NCBI RefSeq assembly: GCF_006345805.1
Contig: NC_043009.1
Coordinates: forward strand, 12,214,001 to 12,278,000
Source: Octopus sinensis
Taxonomy: Eukaryota
DNA length: 64,000 nucleotides
Direction of reading: 5' to 3'
Position numbers and translations under genes: made by a program. Shown in pieces: positions 11,528 to 24,464 of the stretch. Position 1 is the first letter of the stretch. Each line of letters begins with the position of its first letter. Below the pieces are notes generated by a model. It had not been told where the DNA came from, ran no database searches, and worked only from the letters and a program-made list of their open reading frames with translations.

Positions 11528-11924
11528 GGCCATCGGAAAAACGCTTTGAAAAAAGACCGTAATACAAAGGGAAATTACTGTATTATAGACCGCTATTTAT
11601 AGAAAAGAGCTTTTCGAATGACCTCTAATTAAGATAAGGTACAAAGTTCATAGTATACGCGTAAGCGCACCTGTTCATACGTACACATGTGCACTCGAAC
11701 ACCCACGTACGTACGTATACCTCACAAGAAAAACGTACACATCTTCACTCGCATCTTTCGCTAAATGTATATGCATATACATACAAACCTACAGGCACAC
11801 ACGCGCGCATCGTAAAAGTTCATACATACGTCTACATACGCACAAGCACGAGAAAAACAGGGTTAAGGGTAACAATACAGAAGAAAGGCATAAGGAAGTA
11901 TACAAAGAGTAAACCACGTTCATA

Positions 11925-12430
11925 TACGGACACCGAGCCAGGTCGTAAGAGGAGTGGGCAATGAGCTCACTCTGCGCGAAGCAGAAACATTTCAGTTGTA
12001 GTGGCCATGAATAAATATGATATGATATACCATAAATTCCACGAGAGGGCAGTAAATGTTGAAGATTTTAAGAGATCTCTCCAAGAGTTAAAAGCAGCTT
12101 ATTTCGAAAAAGGCATAAGAAATCCAGTATTTTTAACGGATAATATCAGGATTCACCTCTACAGGGGGGGGGGGGCTGAATATTTGAAAGTAGCTACCAA
12201 TAACATTAGGTATCTTCCATCGTATTCCCCTTTTTCTCAACCCAATAGAGAATATTTTCTCTCTTTGGAAGAATTTGGTGAAAAGGGGAAGTGCTATTAA
12301 TGAGGTAAATCTTGGGCCACTTATTGAAAATAAATTTGGGGAAATAACAGCAGATCACTGCCAGGCCTTTTACAGAAAAATGTTGTGGTATCTAATACGT
12401 TCTGCAAAGCGAGAAACAATTCTTGAATAA
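11925..12430 (+). pseudogene. Tc1/IS630-like DDE transposase remnant (DDE_3 type)
   Basis: SRNISVVVAMNK..VFLTDNIRIH..YLPSYSPFSQPNRE, then after a frameshift WKNLVKRG..ITADHCQAFYRKM. This matches the MDNxxxH / YLPPYSPxLNPIE pattern. Confidence 0.8.
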
Positions 12431-12484
12431 ATCCTTTTATATAAAATTTTATTATTAAATTGCCTACAAAGATTATTAAATTGC

Positions 12485-12568
12485 TTGCAAAAATTGTTCA
12501 TTTGGTTGCAGAAATCATTCGAATGGTTGCAAAGACTATTCAAATGGTTGCAAAGATTGTTAAGTAGG
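12485..12568 (+). repeat. Four 21-bp tandem repeats, probably subterminal repeats of the Tc1-like element
   Basis: ttgcaaaaattgttcatttgg / ttgcagaaatcattcgaatgg / ttgcaaagactattcaaatgg / ttgcaaagattgttaagtagg. Confidence 0.8.
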
Positions 12569-12837
12569 TGGAAAAATCCTATATTTGATTACCTGTCAGA
12601 AGAATTTCTAACAAGATACTTTACATGTTTTTCCTACATGTACAACTTTGTGACTCCTATTAGCAAATGAAACACGTGTAATGGTAAATGAATAATACTA
12701 ACATTTTTTTTTCAATTTCTTGATATGTGTGCGTGTGTATGTGTGTGTGTACATAGGTGGGTTATTCTCTCGCTCTCTTTCTCCCCATTTTTCTTTCTTT
12801 CTCTGTCTGTCTGTGTGTCTGTCTCTCTCTGTCTCTC

Positions 12838-12847
12838 TATCTATCTG

Positions 12848-12918
<71 letters not shown>

Positions 12919-12935
12919 GTCTGTCTGTCTATCTG

Positions 12936-13028
<93 letters not shown>

Positions 13029-13035
13029 TTATCTG
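12838..13035. repeat. (CTAT)n microsatellite; similar tracts at about 13708-13802 and 29318-29418
   Basis: Direct reading. It produces the LSIY ORFs in the track. Confidence 0.97.
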
Positions 13036-13709
13036 TACACCAATTCTTCTTTGCCTGTATAGTCGACTGCAAATATTAAATCCGAATTAAGCGATTAATC
13101 ACTAAATTTCCCATGTGACATATTTGTGTGCCATAAACTGGAATATTTATTCGCACTCAGACGATTGGTCCTTATTCCCTGACTTTATTGGCATCATATT
13201 CATAACTCTGCCGATTCTAATAATATAATTTGCATTTAATGGAAAACTTCATAAGTGAATATTGATTTGCTTCTTGGAATCAAAGATAAGCTGGAGTGTT
13301 TACGACACGCTTCATTAAAATGTATATTGCGTATTTTATCACAGAGTTTTAATATATCTCAGATTAATCTGAGATCTCAGATTAATGAAACGAAATAATG
13401 AAAATCTTTCATTCTCTAAATATCCCCGGTGACAAATCATGACTAATCACTAATGTGGCCAGCGTTGCTATATATATTCGATGGATATAATAAGAGAATC
13501 TGTGCAGCATGGATGTTCGTAAAATGTAGTAGTCATCAACTTTTTAGGAGCTGGTCCGTCAGAGGGAGAAACAATAAATATATAAATTAATTAATTGGAA
13601 TTAATTAACATTAATTCGAATTAATTCATTAGAATTAATGAAACACAACTCACTATTTCATCTCCAACAAAAATATCCTGTTTCCATTTCCTTACCTTTT
13701 ATACATTTC

Positions 13710-13802
<93 letters not shown>

Positions 13803-13814
13803 CATATATATATT

Positions 13815-13942
13815 CTGTTGTGTCAGGGGAGAGTCTTTTAGTGCCTTATTATTTAACACACTCACCAGTAAAATTTCCACTTACTTCATATCTTTATTTT
13901 CTAAAATTTTCGTTGCGTGTTGCAACCTTTTCAATAGTCTTA
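13815..13942 (-). mobile_element. PLE-like terminal repeat with tentative U3-A8 HHR-like motif
   Basis: Minus strand reads ACTA-TTGAAAA-G-GTTGC-aacac-GCAAC-GAAA-ATTTT..GGAAATTTT. Stem I support is weak. Confidence 0.5.
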
Positions 13943-14283
13943 GTTCCCTTTTGTTTGTTTTGTGCGCATGTGTGTGGGTCAGTGGGTCAGTATGTGTGTG
14001 TGCCTATACATGCATGCATGTACGTATGTGTTTGTGTGTGTGTATGCATGTATATGTATGTATATATGTGTGTGTATGCATATGTATGTATGTGTGTGCA
14101 TCTGTATGTACATATCCTGCATATTTATGTGCTTGCCTGTCCATGTTTGTGTATTTTCTATGTATGTGTGTGTGAGCATGTGTTTGTATATGTATGTAAC
14201 TCTGTCTCCTTGTGTGCATATTTGTGTGTGTGTGTGGAAATAAATCAAAAAACGAAATACATATACATATATATATTACATAT

Positions 14284-14430
14284 TTAATTCAGGAGGTCAA
14301 GAGAAGTAAAGGTGACTTGACAGTGGTTTGGCTGGACCTGGAAAATGCATACGGATCTATTCCTCACGCCCTCATATATGCAGCCCTTGACTGCTATCAT
14401 ATTCCCCCCGCATATTAACTGGGGAGATAT
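14284..14430 (+). pseudogene. Isolated RT fragment of a Hero/R2-like LINE
   Basis: LIQEVKRSKGDLTVVWLDLENAYGSIPHALIYAALDCYHIP; a diverged duplicate of about 16020-16165. Confidence 0.8.
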
Positions 14431-14436
14431 TAGGAG

Positions 14437-16790
14437 TGAAATGTCTCTCTGGAAAGATCTGAAAGAATGCAAAAGGGCTCAATATACACCGAACCAAGTT
14501 GGACTGTGCGAATAAAGAGCCACAGTTGCCGTACTCAGTGGTGGCACCTGTTGAGACATCAGTAGCTGGGGTGGTATTGGAAGTAAAGTGTCATTGCGGA
14601 AAGATCTGTAGAATGAGAAAGGGTTCAAGATACACCGAGCTAGGTCCGTCTGTGGAAAAGAGGATCCGCAGGTGCAGTGCACAGTGGCAACACATGGTGA
14701 GATACAGGAGAAGTCCAGGCAGGAAGTACCTCTTAGGACTGGATGTCTCTCAGTACCTGTGTCACCTTAAGTCCTCAAGATGGGCAACCCACCCAATACC
14801 ACCACAGAGGGCCAATCTCGCCCAACGAAAGAACGAATTTAATGGTCCAAGATGGATGAAACAAAAAAATGGCAACAACCAGTCCAAGACCTCGACATAA
14901 TATTGGACTGCACTCTGGAAGGAACAGCTGAACAGAAAGTGAATGCTCTTGCAACTATCGGATTCAATTTGGCAAAAGATCGATTCGGAAATGCGGACAG
15001 ACTGGTTATCACAGCAATCGAAAGGAAACTTAGCAGAAGAGAAAGAGAGATGCACCATCTGGAAGGTGGGGAGAGATGAAAACCCTCAATAAGCAGTATA
15101 GAAGGGCCTCTGCTCAGGAAAGGAAAGGCATCTAGGATTTGACAAGTCAACTCAGTGAACGTATGAGATGGTAGAAAGCATCCGGAAGCGGGGGGAAGAG
15201 AAGGAGACCAAACGAGCGCAATTTGCCAAGAATACTTTTAGGTTCACCCGAACGCTGCTGGGAATAAACCAAATCAGGGAAATTGACCAGCTCCAGAGAA
15301 GAAGTAGAAGCATTTCTGAAGGAGATTCATAATGATAACGTCAGAAAAGAAGCCCTTGATGTTAAACCAAATTTCGGTAGAGCTGAAATACCAGGAAATA
15401 AGTTCAGCCTCAACTGTCCATTCTGAAAAGAAGTGGAAGAAATGGTAAAAAAAAGGCCAGATCAGGATCAGCTCCTTTTTGTAAGCCTAGTACTTATTCT
15501 ATCGGGGTTTTTTTTTGCCGAACATCTACACATTATATATTATATGTTTTATATATATATATATATATATACATGAGCATGCAAGTGTGTCTATATATAT
15601 GTGTGTGTGTGTGTGAATATATATGTGTTATGTGTTTGAACGTGTGTATGCGTATGTATGTATTTGAGTGCACACATGAGTATGTTGATAAGTGTGTATA
15701 TGCCGACGTTTATTACATCCATCGCTATATAAGAAATGCCCACTGCTCTTTCGGGCGTTTTGGACGCTGTTACGAAAGATCTGGACAAAGAGTATCATCC
15801 CACCATGCTTGAAGAAGGCAGAACGATGTTTTGTGCCAAAAGAAGAAAACTCCACAGTCATTAACTAGTTCACGGCCATCTCCCTCCTAAGTGTTGTGGG
15901 GGGAATCTTTCTCGTATTGGCCAAAAGTATGACCTCATACATGAATGAGAATGGGTAATATAAGCATATCTATCTAGAAAGGTGGGGTTCCGAGTTTCCC
16001 AAACACACTGGAATTCTCAGTCAGTTGATTCAGGAGGCCAAGAGAAGTAAAGGTGATTTGACAGTGGTTTGGTTGGATCTGTAAAATGCATACGGGTCAA
16101 TTCCTCGCGCCTTTGTATATGCAACACTTGAATGCTATCATATTTCCCTGCATATTAAGGGAATAATCAGTTCATTTTACAACTCGGTTGCAAGACCTTG
16201 AGAAAGGAATCATAACTGGTTGCACAATTTCCTTCATTCTTTTCGCTGATAGCGAAGCCCAAGGACCAACAATGGAATAGGGTTTCGTGGATGATATTAC
16301 AGTAACAACTACAGTCCATGTGGAGGAAGAATGTTTGCTGAGTTCACTTGAACAGATGGGCAAGAATGAAGTTTAAGCTCAAAAAAGGACTTGGAAAGAT
16401 GTTTGACAAGTCGCTCTCAGACGGAAGCAATGTTACCAAAAATGTGAAGCAAGCTAAGAAGAGGCTGGGGACGAGTGATAGATCGGGGCTTCCAAGAAAG
16501 TATAGGGCCCGGCTCTCCCAACACGGGCTGCTTCCAAGACTCATATAGTCATTGACGCTGTATGATATTCCGATGATAAGTGAGGAAAGGGATGAGAGGA
16601 AGGTAAATAAATACCTCCGAAGATGGCTAGGTGTTTCCCCAATAGGTCTGTACGTAAGATCTACAACTTTCCCTGTCATCCATAATGGAGGAATTTAAAG
16701 TAGCAAAATGTAATGTAATGATGTACAGAGGCTCGAAGGACGAGACATGCATGCATTACAAGGTCTGGGCGAAAGTGGGAAGCTAGCACC
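14437..16790 (+). mobile_element. Decayed RLE-type LINE, Hero/R2-like, interrupted at about 15479-15720 and missing its C-terminus
   Basis: Two N-terminal zinc-finger-like motifs (KCHCGKIC.NEKGFKIHRARSVC), WQQ..DLDIILDCTLEG, YKKCPLLF..W..LRKIW..IP..VPKEENS, VWLDL.NAYGSIP, FVDDITV, RWARMKFK, QHGLLPRLI, RRWLG. Many frameshifts. Confidence 0.85.
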
Positions 16791-16797
16791 GCAGTCA

Positions 16798-17280
16798 CTC
16801 ATTGTATATCAAGAATTCGCCCAACCCCCTCCCCCACCACCAATGGCCAGACCGTCAATCAAGAGTTCAACAACGACGTTTTGAAGCGTTTGAAGGAGGA
16901 CACTCGGCGAAAGGGACCAGATCTGTGGAGTGCGAAGGACTGCATTCTTCACGGAGCTGCCCTCATTCATGAGTTTTTCGCCCAAAACAATAAGAAATCA
17001 CTCCTGCACACGCCCTATACGCACCTGTGGACTTCCATCTCTTCTCCAAGATGAAAATACAGATCAAAGGTCGCTGTTTGAGCACTGTTATCGAATTTCA
17101 GAGCGAATCGCCGAAGGTCCTCGTCTCGCCCACAGAAAACTACTTCCAGGCCGGATTACAAATGGAAGGAACGCAGCAACCAGTGTGGTGGTGCGCAAGA
17201 TGACTATTTCGAAACTTTGGTAAATCAGTTATTTATTATTAAACACAACTAGTCCAGGAACCTTTTGATACCGCATCGTG

Positions 17281-17281
<1 letters not shown>
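16798..17281 (+). mobile_element. Mariner 3' half (transposase remnant plus right TIR)
   Basis: GQTVNQEF..VLKRLKEDTRRKGPDLW, DFHLFSKMKIQIKG, DYFE. Terminal ggaaccttttgataccgcatcgtgTA resembles a mariner TIR. Confidence 0.8.
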
Positions 17282-17331
<50 letters not shown>

Positions 17332-17679
17332 TATATATATATATATATACGCGCATCCTTTTGTGTATGTGATAATATATGTGGATAATATAATATGTAT
17401 TGCAGTATTTAACAGGTTTATTTCTATGCATTAATTTGTACTGTCTTCATTAACGCAATAGGTTTTTTCCTTTTCTCGGTTTTTTCCTCGGATTTTATAA
17501 TTTTTTATTTTTTATAAGTTTTATATATAAATACTATATTTTTGAGACCTTTTTGTTTATCGCTCGAAGATTGACCGTTTTTCTAAAGGGCCAATCAAAC
17601 AAGTCCATTTCTTTTTAAAGGTGTAGCGTTTGTAAGAGTATAGATTGAATTAATATATATTGTTCCATTCTAGGAAAAA

Positions 17680-17717
17680 CTGTCTGATGAACGGCAACGA
17701 GAAACTCAGAGTAACAG
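17680..17717 (+). ncRNA. Type I hammerhead ribozyme motif, canonical CUGAUGA core
   Basis: CTGT-CTGATGA-A-CG-GCAA-CG-A-GAAA-CTCAGAG-TA^ACAG. Stem I extends AAAA/TTTT past one mismatch, stem II has a GNRA loop, and the 10.1-11.1 position is an A-A mismatch. Confidence 0.6.
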
Positions 17718-17749
17718 ATTTTGTTGATTTTCTGCTGCTTAAAATAAAG

Positions 17750-17784
<35 letters not shown>

Positions 17785-18112
17785 TATATATATATATATG
17801 TATATGTATGTATATAATACAAATAAGAAACTAGAGAAGCAAATTTACTTACAGATATTATAATGTTGGATTAGTTATTCATTTAACAAAATGAGAACAT
17901 TAATAGCATACTTATATATTTACCTTCACCCGTTTAATACAATAAATGAGTTAATTGAATTGCACTTAAAACATTTATGAATTAAGAATCTGGGTACTTT
18001 ACCAACAGTATATTGGATAAATTCTATCCCATAGTGGGTTACACCCATAACCCCTATCTTACTTTGTAGATATATATATATGTGTGTGTGTGTGTGTGTA
18101 TACATACATACA

Positions 18113-18205
<93 letters not shown>

Positions 18206-19364
18206 GTATACATACATATGTGTGTGTGTGTGTGTGTGTCTGACGGGCTTCTTTCAGTTTCTGGCTACCAAATCCACTCAAAGCTTCAGTCACTCCTAGG
18301 CTATAGTAAAACTCACTTGCCCATGTTGCCACGCAGTGGGACTGAACCCGGAACCATGTGGTTTTTATGGGAATTCTAGGCATATATTTCTGTAATTTCA
18401 AATATCTAATCCCGCCTCATGTTGTGACGGAGTGACTATCTCTCTTGTATTGAATGCCATCTCTAGAGGGAACCACATGTATTTGAAGTCATATTTACTA
18501 TTGCAGAAAGCAACAACAACATCAACAATATCTGCAACAAAAAAATAACAGATGGATAGAATTTTTTTAAAAAATGTTAGGACGAACAGAAAGGAAAAGA
18601 AAAATAAAACCCAAAAATAGAGAAACCAAAGCATTTTATAATTTCTTTAGCATTGCCCGTGTAACAAGAAGGTTAATGCTGCTAAATCATAAATAATGAC
18701 TAATATCTTTGAAATTATTAATCAGAATTGATTGAAAGCAAAAATCTTCGTAGGTGTCTTCTTGTAATCTGTAAATAAACCGTTTTTTTATTCTTTTCTT
18801 TTTTTTATTATTATTTCTGGTCCTTATTAGTCGTCTTTGAAGTTTTTTTCTATAACATGTTTCGCTAAAATAAGCAGACTTGTCTTCACAAGAACTAAAA
18901 ATATCCCAAGTGGATTTATTTTCTGTTTGATTTAATTTGGCTCTTGTTCTTGTTGTTGTTGCAGAAGAGCTTTTTTTCTTTCATTTTTTTTCCTTCGGTT
19001 ATTTACTGTTATTATTCACATTGGACTCTCTTTTCGATATTGTTGTTATTGCTGTTGTCGTTGTGGCAACTGTTAGTGGTGAAGTATGAGATAGTAGTAT
19101 TAATTCAGTTAACACATAAACACAAACATTCAATGAGCCGTCCATAATGTCTTTCTTGATGCAAACATTCTGAGTTCAAATTCTACCGAAACTGACTTTG
19201 CCTTTCATCCTTTCGGAGTCGATAAATTAAGTATCAGCCACGAAGGGAGATGGTCAACTGGTTAAGGTCAAACAACGGACAAGCAAATCTGTGGTATTGA
19301 GCAGAATATTTGCTGTAGCCCATCTTTTATACCAAGACAAAACAATGTACCTGATAACACTTCC

Positions 19365-19438
<74 letters not shown>

Positions 19439-19915
19439 TGTTGTTGCTGTTGTTGTTATCATTATTATTCGCTGCGGAATACGTAAGACGTTCTTTCGAA
19501 CACGCTTCGTAAGTTATGCGTTAAACTGTGTTTTCACCTTGTCTTTACACATATATGTCATAAATTTAATAAACTGACAATAAGGACACCAGGAACCTTT
19601 TGGCAGGCATTCGATGGTTGTTTCTGCCCCGTGTTTATACACTTACTTACCTATTGCACTTATGTAAAAAAATCAAACAAACAAGCACAAACACACAAAA
19701 TGGCGTCGTCATCATCATTACCATCAGCATCAGCAACCATCATGGGAAGCATGAGGTGGAAAGCCGTCCCTCCCACCAGCCCTCCCACAAAAGATTCTCT
19801 CCTCCCCCTCTCATATCACTCACTCCTTGCGACAACAACAACAACCCAAGAAATGCGTGAGCCCGCGAGGCATTTGAAATCAGTAGCAGCAACAACAGGA
19901 ATACGAAGACGGAAG

Positions 19916-20745
19916 GCGGCGAGCTGGCAGAATTGTGAGCAGGCCAGGCGAAATGCTTAGTGGGATTTCGGCTGCCGCTACATTCTGAGTTCAAATTCTG
20001 CCGAGGTCTACTTTGCCTTTCATCCTTTCGGAGTCGATAAATTGAGTACCAGTTAGGCACTGGAGTCGATGTAATCGACTTAATCCGTTTGTCTGTCCTT
20101 GTTTGTCCCCTCTGTGTTTAGTTCCTTGTGGGTAGCAAAGAAATAGGTATTTCGTCTGCCGCTACGTTCTGAGTTCAAATTCCACCGAGGTCGACTTTCC
20201 TTGTCATCCTTTCGGGGTCGATAAATTAAGTACCAGTTACGCATTGGTGCCGATGTAATAGACTTAATCCGTTTGTCTGTCTTTGTTTGTCCCCTCTGTC
20301 TTTGTTTGTCCCCTTGTGGGTAGTAAAGAAATATCTATAGTTTAATTGGCAAAATATGAGCATCCATAAGTAAAACATATTTCAGTATCAATGAGGTTAT
20401 ATTCGAAAAGAAAAATCAGAAAAGCAATAAAGAAATAAGAAACGTTAGCACGCTGGGCGAAATGCTTAACAGTATTTCGTCTGCTGTTACGTTCTGAATT
20501 CAAATTCCGCCGAGGTCGACTTTGCCTTTCATCTTTTTGGGGTCAATTAAATAAGTACCAGTTACGCACTGAGGTCGATATAATTGACTTAATCCGTTTG
20601 TCTGTCCTTGTTTGTCCTCTCTGTGTTAAGCCTTTTGTGGGTAGTAAATAAATAGGTATTTCGTCTACCGTTGCGTTCAGATTTCAAATTCCGCCGAGAT
20701 CGACTTTGCCTTTCATCCTTTCAGGGTCGATAAATTAAGTACCAG
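19916..20745 (+). mobile_element. Head-to-tail cluster of four Meta-type SINE copies
   Basis: Repeated B-box/Meta/tail units at about 19916-20148, 20148-20335, 20440-20655 and 20655-20745. Confidence 0.8.
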
Positions 20746-21303
20746 TGAGTGAGAGAGTGAGAGAGCAGTGCATGAGTGAGAGAGCAGTGCATGCCATCAA
20801 AGTAACACTGGGGTGAAATATACAAAGCCCAGTATATCCATCATGACTACCCGTCTGATAAGGGTACACCAGGGACATGCATAACAACTATATGTGCGCG
20901 ACATGGTGATCTCATATCAAGATAAACAGTGTATGACCTCGCAGGTGGGGCCCAGCTAGAGGTTTCTTCAGGTTGAGTAGCCCATCCAGCTCAAAAGGTC
21001 CCTGATTAAGGGTTGTTTAGGGATGTTGAACGAACCACCCATGTTTCCAAAGGTGAATAATCCAAACATCCAAGAATTCCTTTCAACACACGGCCATGAG
21101 GCTCCCCTACTACTTTTACTCGTGATCAGAGATGCACATATCGTCAGCCACTAAGGGACATGCTCAATAGGTTAAGGTCAAACAACTGACAAGCAAATCT
21201 GTGGTATTGAGCAGAATATTTGCTGTAGCCCATCTTTTATACCTAGACAAAACAATGTACATGATAACACATCCAATCAGTTAAGATCAGAAGCCACAAG
21301 AGC

Positions 21304-21350
<47 letters not shown>

Positions 21351-21420
21351 TATTATTATTATTATATTATTATTATTATTATTATTGTTATTATTATCAT
21401 TATTATTAATATTATTATGA
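20745..21420 (+). mobile_element. LINE-type 3' region with (ATT)n tail, fused to a SINE Meta domain; family unassigned
   Basis: The same terminal sequence (GGTTAAGGTCAAACAACTGACAAGCAAATCTGTGGTATTGAGCAG..CAATGTAC) occurs at about 19240-19365(+) and 46385-46580(-), each followed by (ATT)n. Confidence 0.6.
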
Positions 21421-21789
21421 TTCATGGTATGCACGAATGTCAATTAATGTGAACTATAGCAATAAAGTGGTTGGCGCTTCGAAAAGAATATAATTAGATA
21501 AGTATTTAACGGCAAATACTTTCACTTAAAAATATTTATTATTTTATTCTTACAAACCGAAATATGAGACGGAAAATGTTCGACGAAGTTGCTCGTTGTA
21601 AAGCTTGCCGTACTTCCGTCCATGTTTATTGTTACAGATCTCTAAGTTCACTAATAAAGCTGTAAGACATGTGTACTTAATTGAAAGTAGTTAATATGAT
21701 GCGAAGGAAACATAAACAATAATCATAAGGTTTGAATGCTGTTGCTGGGTTTTACTATTTTACGACAATAACCGATTGTTACACATTCA

Positions 21790-21897
21790 GCATAATGTAC
21801 AAACATACATGCATACATGCATGCATGCATACCTACCTACCTACATACATACATACATATATACATACATATATACATACATACATACATACATACA

Positions 21898-21930
<33 letters not shown>

Positions 21931-22370
21931 GCATACAAACATACATACATACATACAACCATATATACATACACACACATGCATGCATACATACATACAT
22001 ACATACATCATGCATACATACATACATGCATACATACATACATATATACATGCATATATATATACATACATACATACATTCATATATACATACATACATA
22101 CATACAAACATACATACATACATGCATATATACATACATACTTACGTACATACAAATATACATACATAAATGCATACATGCATACATTCATACATACATA
22201 TATACATGAATGCATACATACATACATACATATATACAAACACCTATACATACATACATATATACATACATACATACATGCATGCATACATACATACATG
22301 CATACATACATACATACATACATACATACATACATACATACATACATACATGCATGCATGCATACATATT
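21790..22370. repeat. Long degenerate (ATAC)n microsatellite
   Basis: Direct reading. Confidence 0.97.
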
Positions 22371-22956
22371 ACTCGATTGTCTTGTATCTTGAAAATGCAT
22401 ATTTGGCGCGGTTGCAACATCTTGGTATTTTCTCAGTATGTTTGTTAACCAAGTTTTCATTACTTAACAGAATGCAGAAGACTTTCTCAATGCACAAATC
22501 GCATACGCCGAATACTGTATTATGTAGTTGTGCATTTTATCATTACTGACCATTCTATTTCGTATTATGTTTTCCCTTCTTTTAATATCCATATTAAGTC
22601 AGCAAGTGGTGTTGCATATCACCGGTTTATCTTTCGGAATGAAGAGACATGGTTGCGATAAGGGACCTAAAATTGGTTTTCGGATGCTCCTATCTATGTG
22701 TATTGTGGTGTAGTGATTGTGCATATACTCTTTTACTCTTTTTCTTGTTTCAGTCATTTGACTGTGGCCATGCTAGAGCAGCGCTTTTAGTCGAGAAAAT
22801 CTTTGTAAGCCTAGTACTTATTCTATCGGTCTCTTTTGCCGAACCGCTGAGTTACGGGGACGTAAACACACCAGCATCGGTTGTCAAGCGAATTTGGGGG
22901 TGGGTGTGGACGAACACAGAAACATAAACATATACATACACACATACATATATATA

Positions 22957-23005
<49 letters not shown>

Positions 23006-23169
23006 CGTATATACGACGGGCTTCTTTCAGTTTCCGTCTACCAAATCCACTCACAAGTCTTTGGTCGGCCCGAAGTTATAGTAAGTTACTTGCCCAAAGT
23101 GCCACGCAGTGGGACTGAACCCGGAACCATGCGGTTCGTAAGCGAGCTACTTACCACACAGCCACTCTC

Positions 23170-24130
23170 TACGTCTGCAGAACTCAGAACATGAGGTCGG
23201 ATCTTTTTGTTTTTACATGCATTGGTTCCTGAGCGGAAATGCAGATTCTTTTCTACAGCTGCAATGATTTGCACTTATTTGGTGACGTTATACTTTTGTT
23301 TTTGTGATGCTCCGGTTGATTAGCAGTGTCTGAAGTGTTCTTGATGTTGGTGCTTTTTTGTAGATTCGTTTTTATTTTTTATTTGACGCCTAATATAACT
23401 GTTGGGGTCGCAATGTTTTTTTGTGAACCCTATTGGGTTTATTTTTGTTATTGTTCCGGTGTTGTTTTGATCTATTTGTTCCTTGTCTGTAGTCGATGTT
23501 TGCATGTATATTTTCTCGTTGTATTTGTGTATGTAGTACTCCATGTTGTTAGATGTGACATACGATACTTTCATTGCCTGCTTGTTGAAGATACGATGAT
23601 ATTTATGTGTTTTAGGGAAGCACCTATCTAACGCTGCAAGGAATTGTTTACCTATCTTCGATGATATTTGCAATCTGAAAATTGAGTTATACCGTAGGTC
23701 CTCGGAATTATTGTATTTTTTGCTTGGTTCCTTTAGCCTTTTTTGTGTGTTGTTGGCATTTTGTGCCTCATTTTTGAAATTATTGTTATTCTTTAGGGTT
23801 TTGTTTATTTTTCTTATCTTACCATTGTCTTGGTTTTTGTGTTTTTATTGTCATGTGTTTGTTGTGTCTGTTTTCTACTTTATTTGTTTGTGTGTTAGTA
23901 CAGTTTAGCTATTCACCAGGTGTGAACTTGATGTTTTCCTTATACCCGGCTCCAGCTAGTACTTCATTGTAGCGAAGTGCATGTGTGTTGAATATTGTCT
24001 CATTGGCTCATAGACGTGATATTCTGCTGGCTATGTTCCTAATTATTCCTTTGATTATGGACGGTGGATGATTGGACTTTACATTTATGTATCTAAGTCA
24101 CTCATTCGGTTTGCGGTATGGTTCGTACAG
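23170..24130 (-). mobile_element. Penelope-like element ORF remnant (post-RT linker up to the Cys motif before GIY-YIG)
   Basis: Minus strand: RYINVKSNHPPSIIKGI..GYKENIKF, KIGKQFLAALDRCFPKTHKYHRIFNKQAMKVSY, HCSCRKESAFPLRNQC. Confidence 0.85.
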
Positions 24131-24430
24131 CTTTGCTTCTAAGTTAAAAAGTAGCATCTAGGAAATTTACCTTACGGTAGTTACTGTCTATGGTTATAAA
24201 TAGGCCGAAATTTTAAAAATAATTGGTGTAGTTTTTTTCTGTATCCCGTTATTTCTACTTTAGTACAATTATATATTATGAAAAGGGCATCGACTCTGTA
24301 TAGACCCCAAACCCACCCTGCTATTTGTAGGAGAGAGTATTTGATATGGAATAAGATGTACATTTCTACGATAACCGTGACCTGAACTGAGTCGCTCGAA
24401 ATATGTGTGTGTGTGTGTATGCATATATAT

Positions 24431-24464
<34 letters not shown>

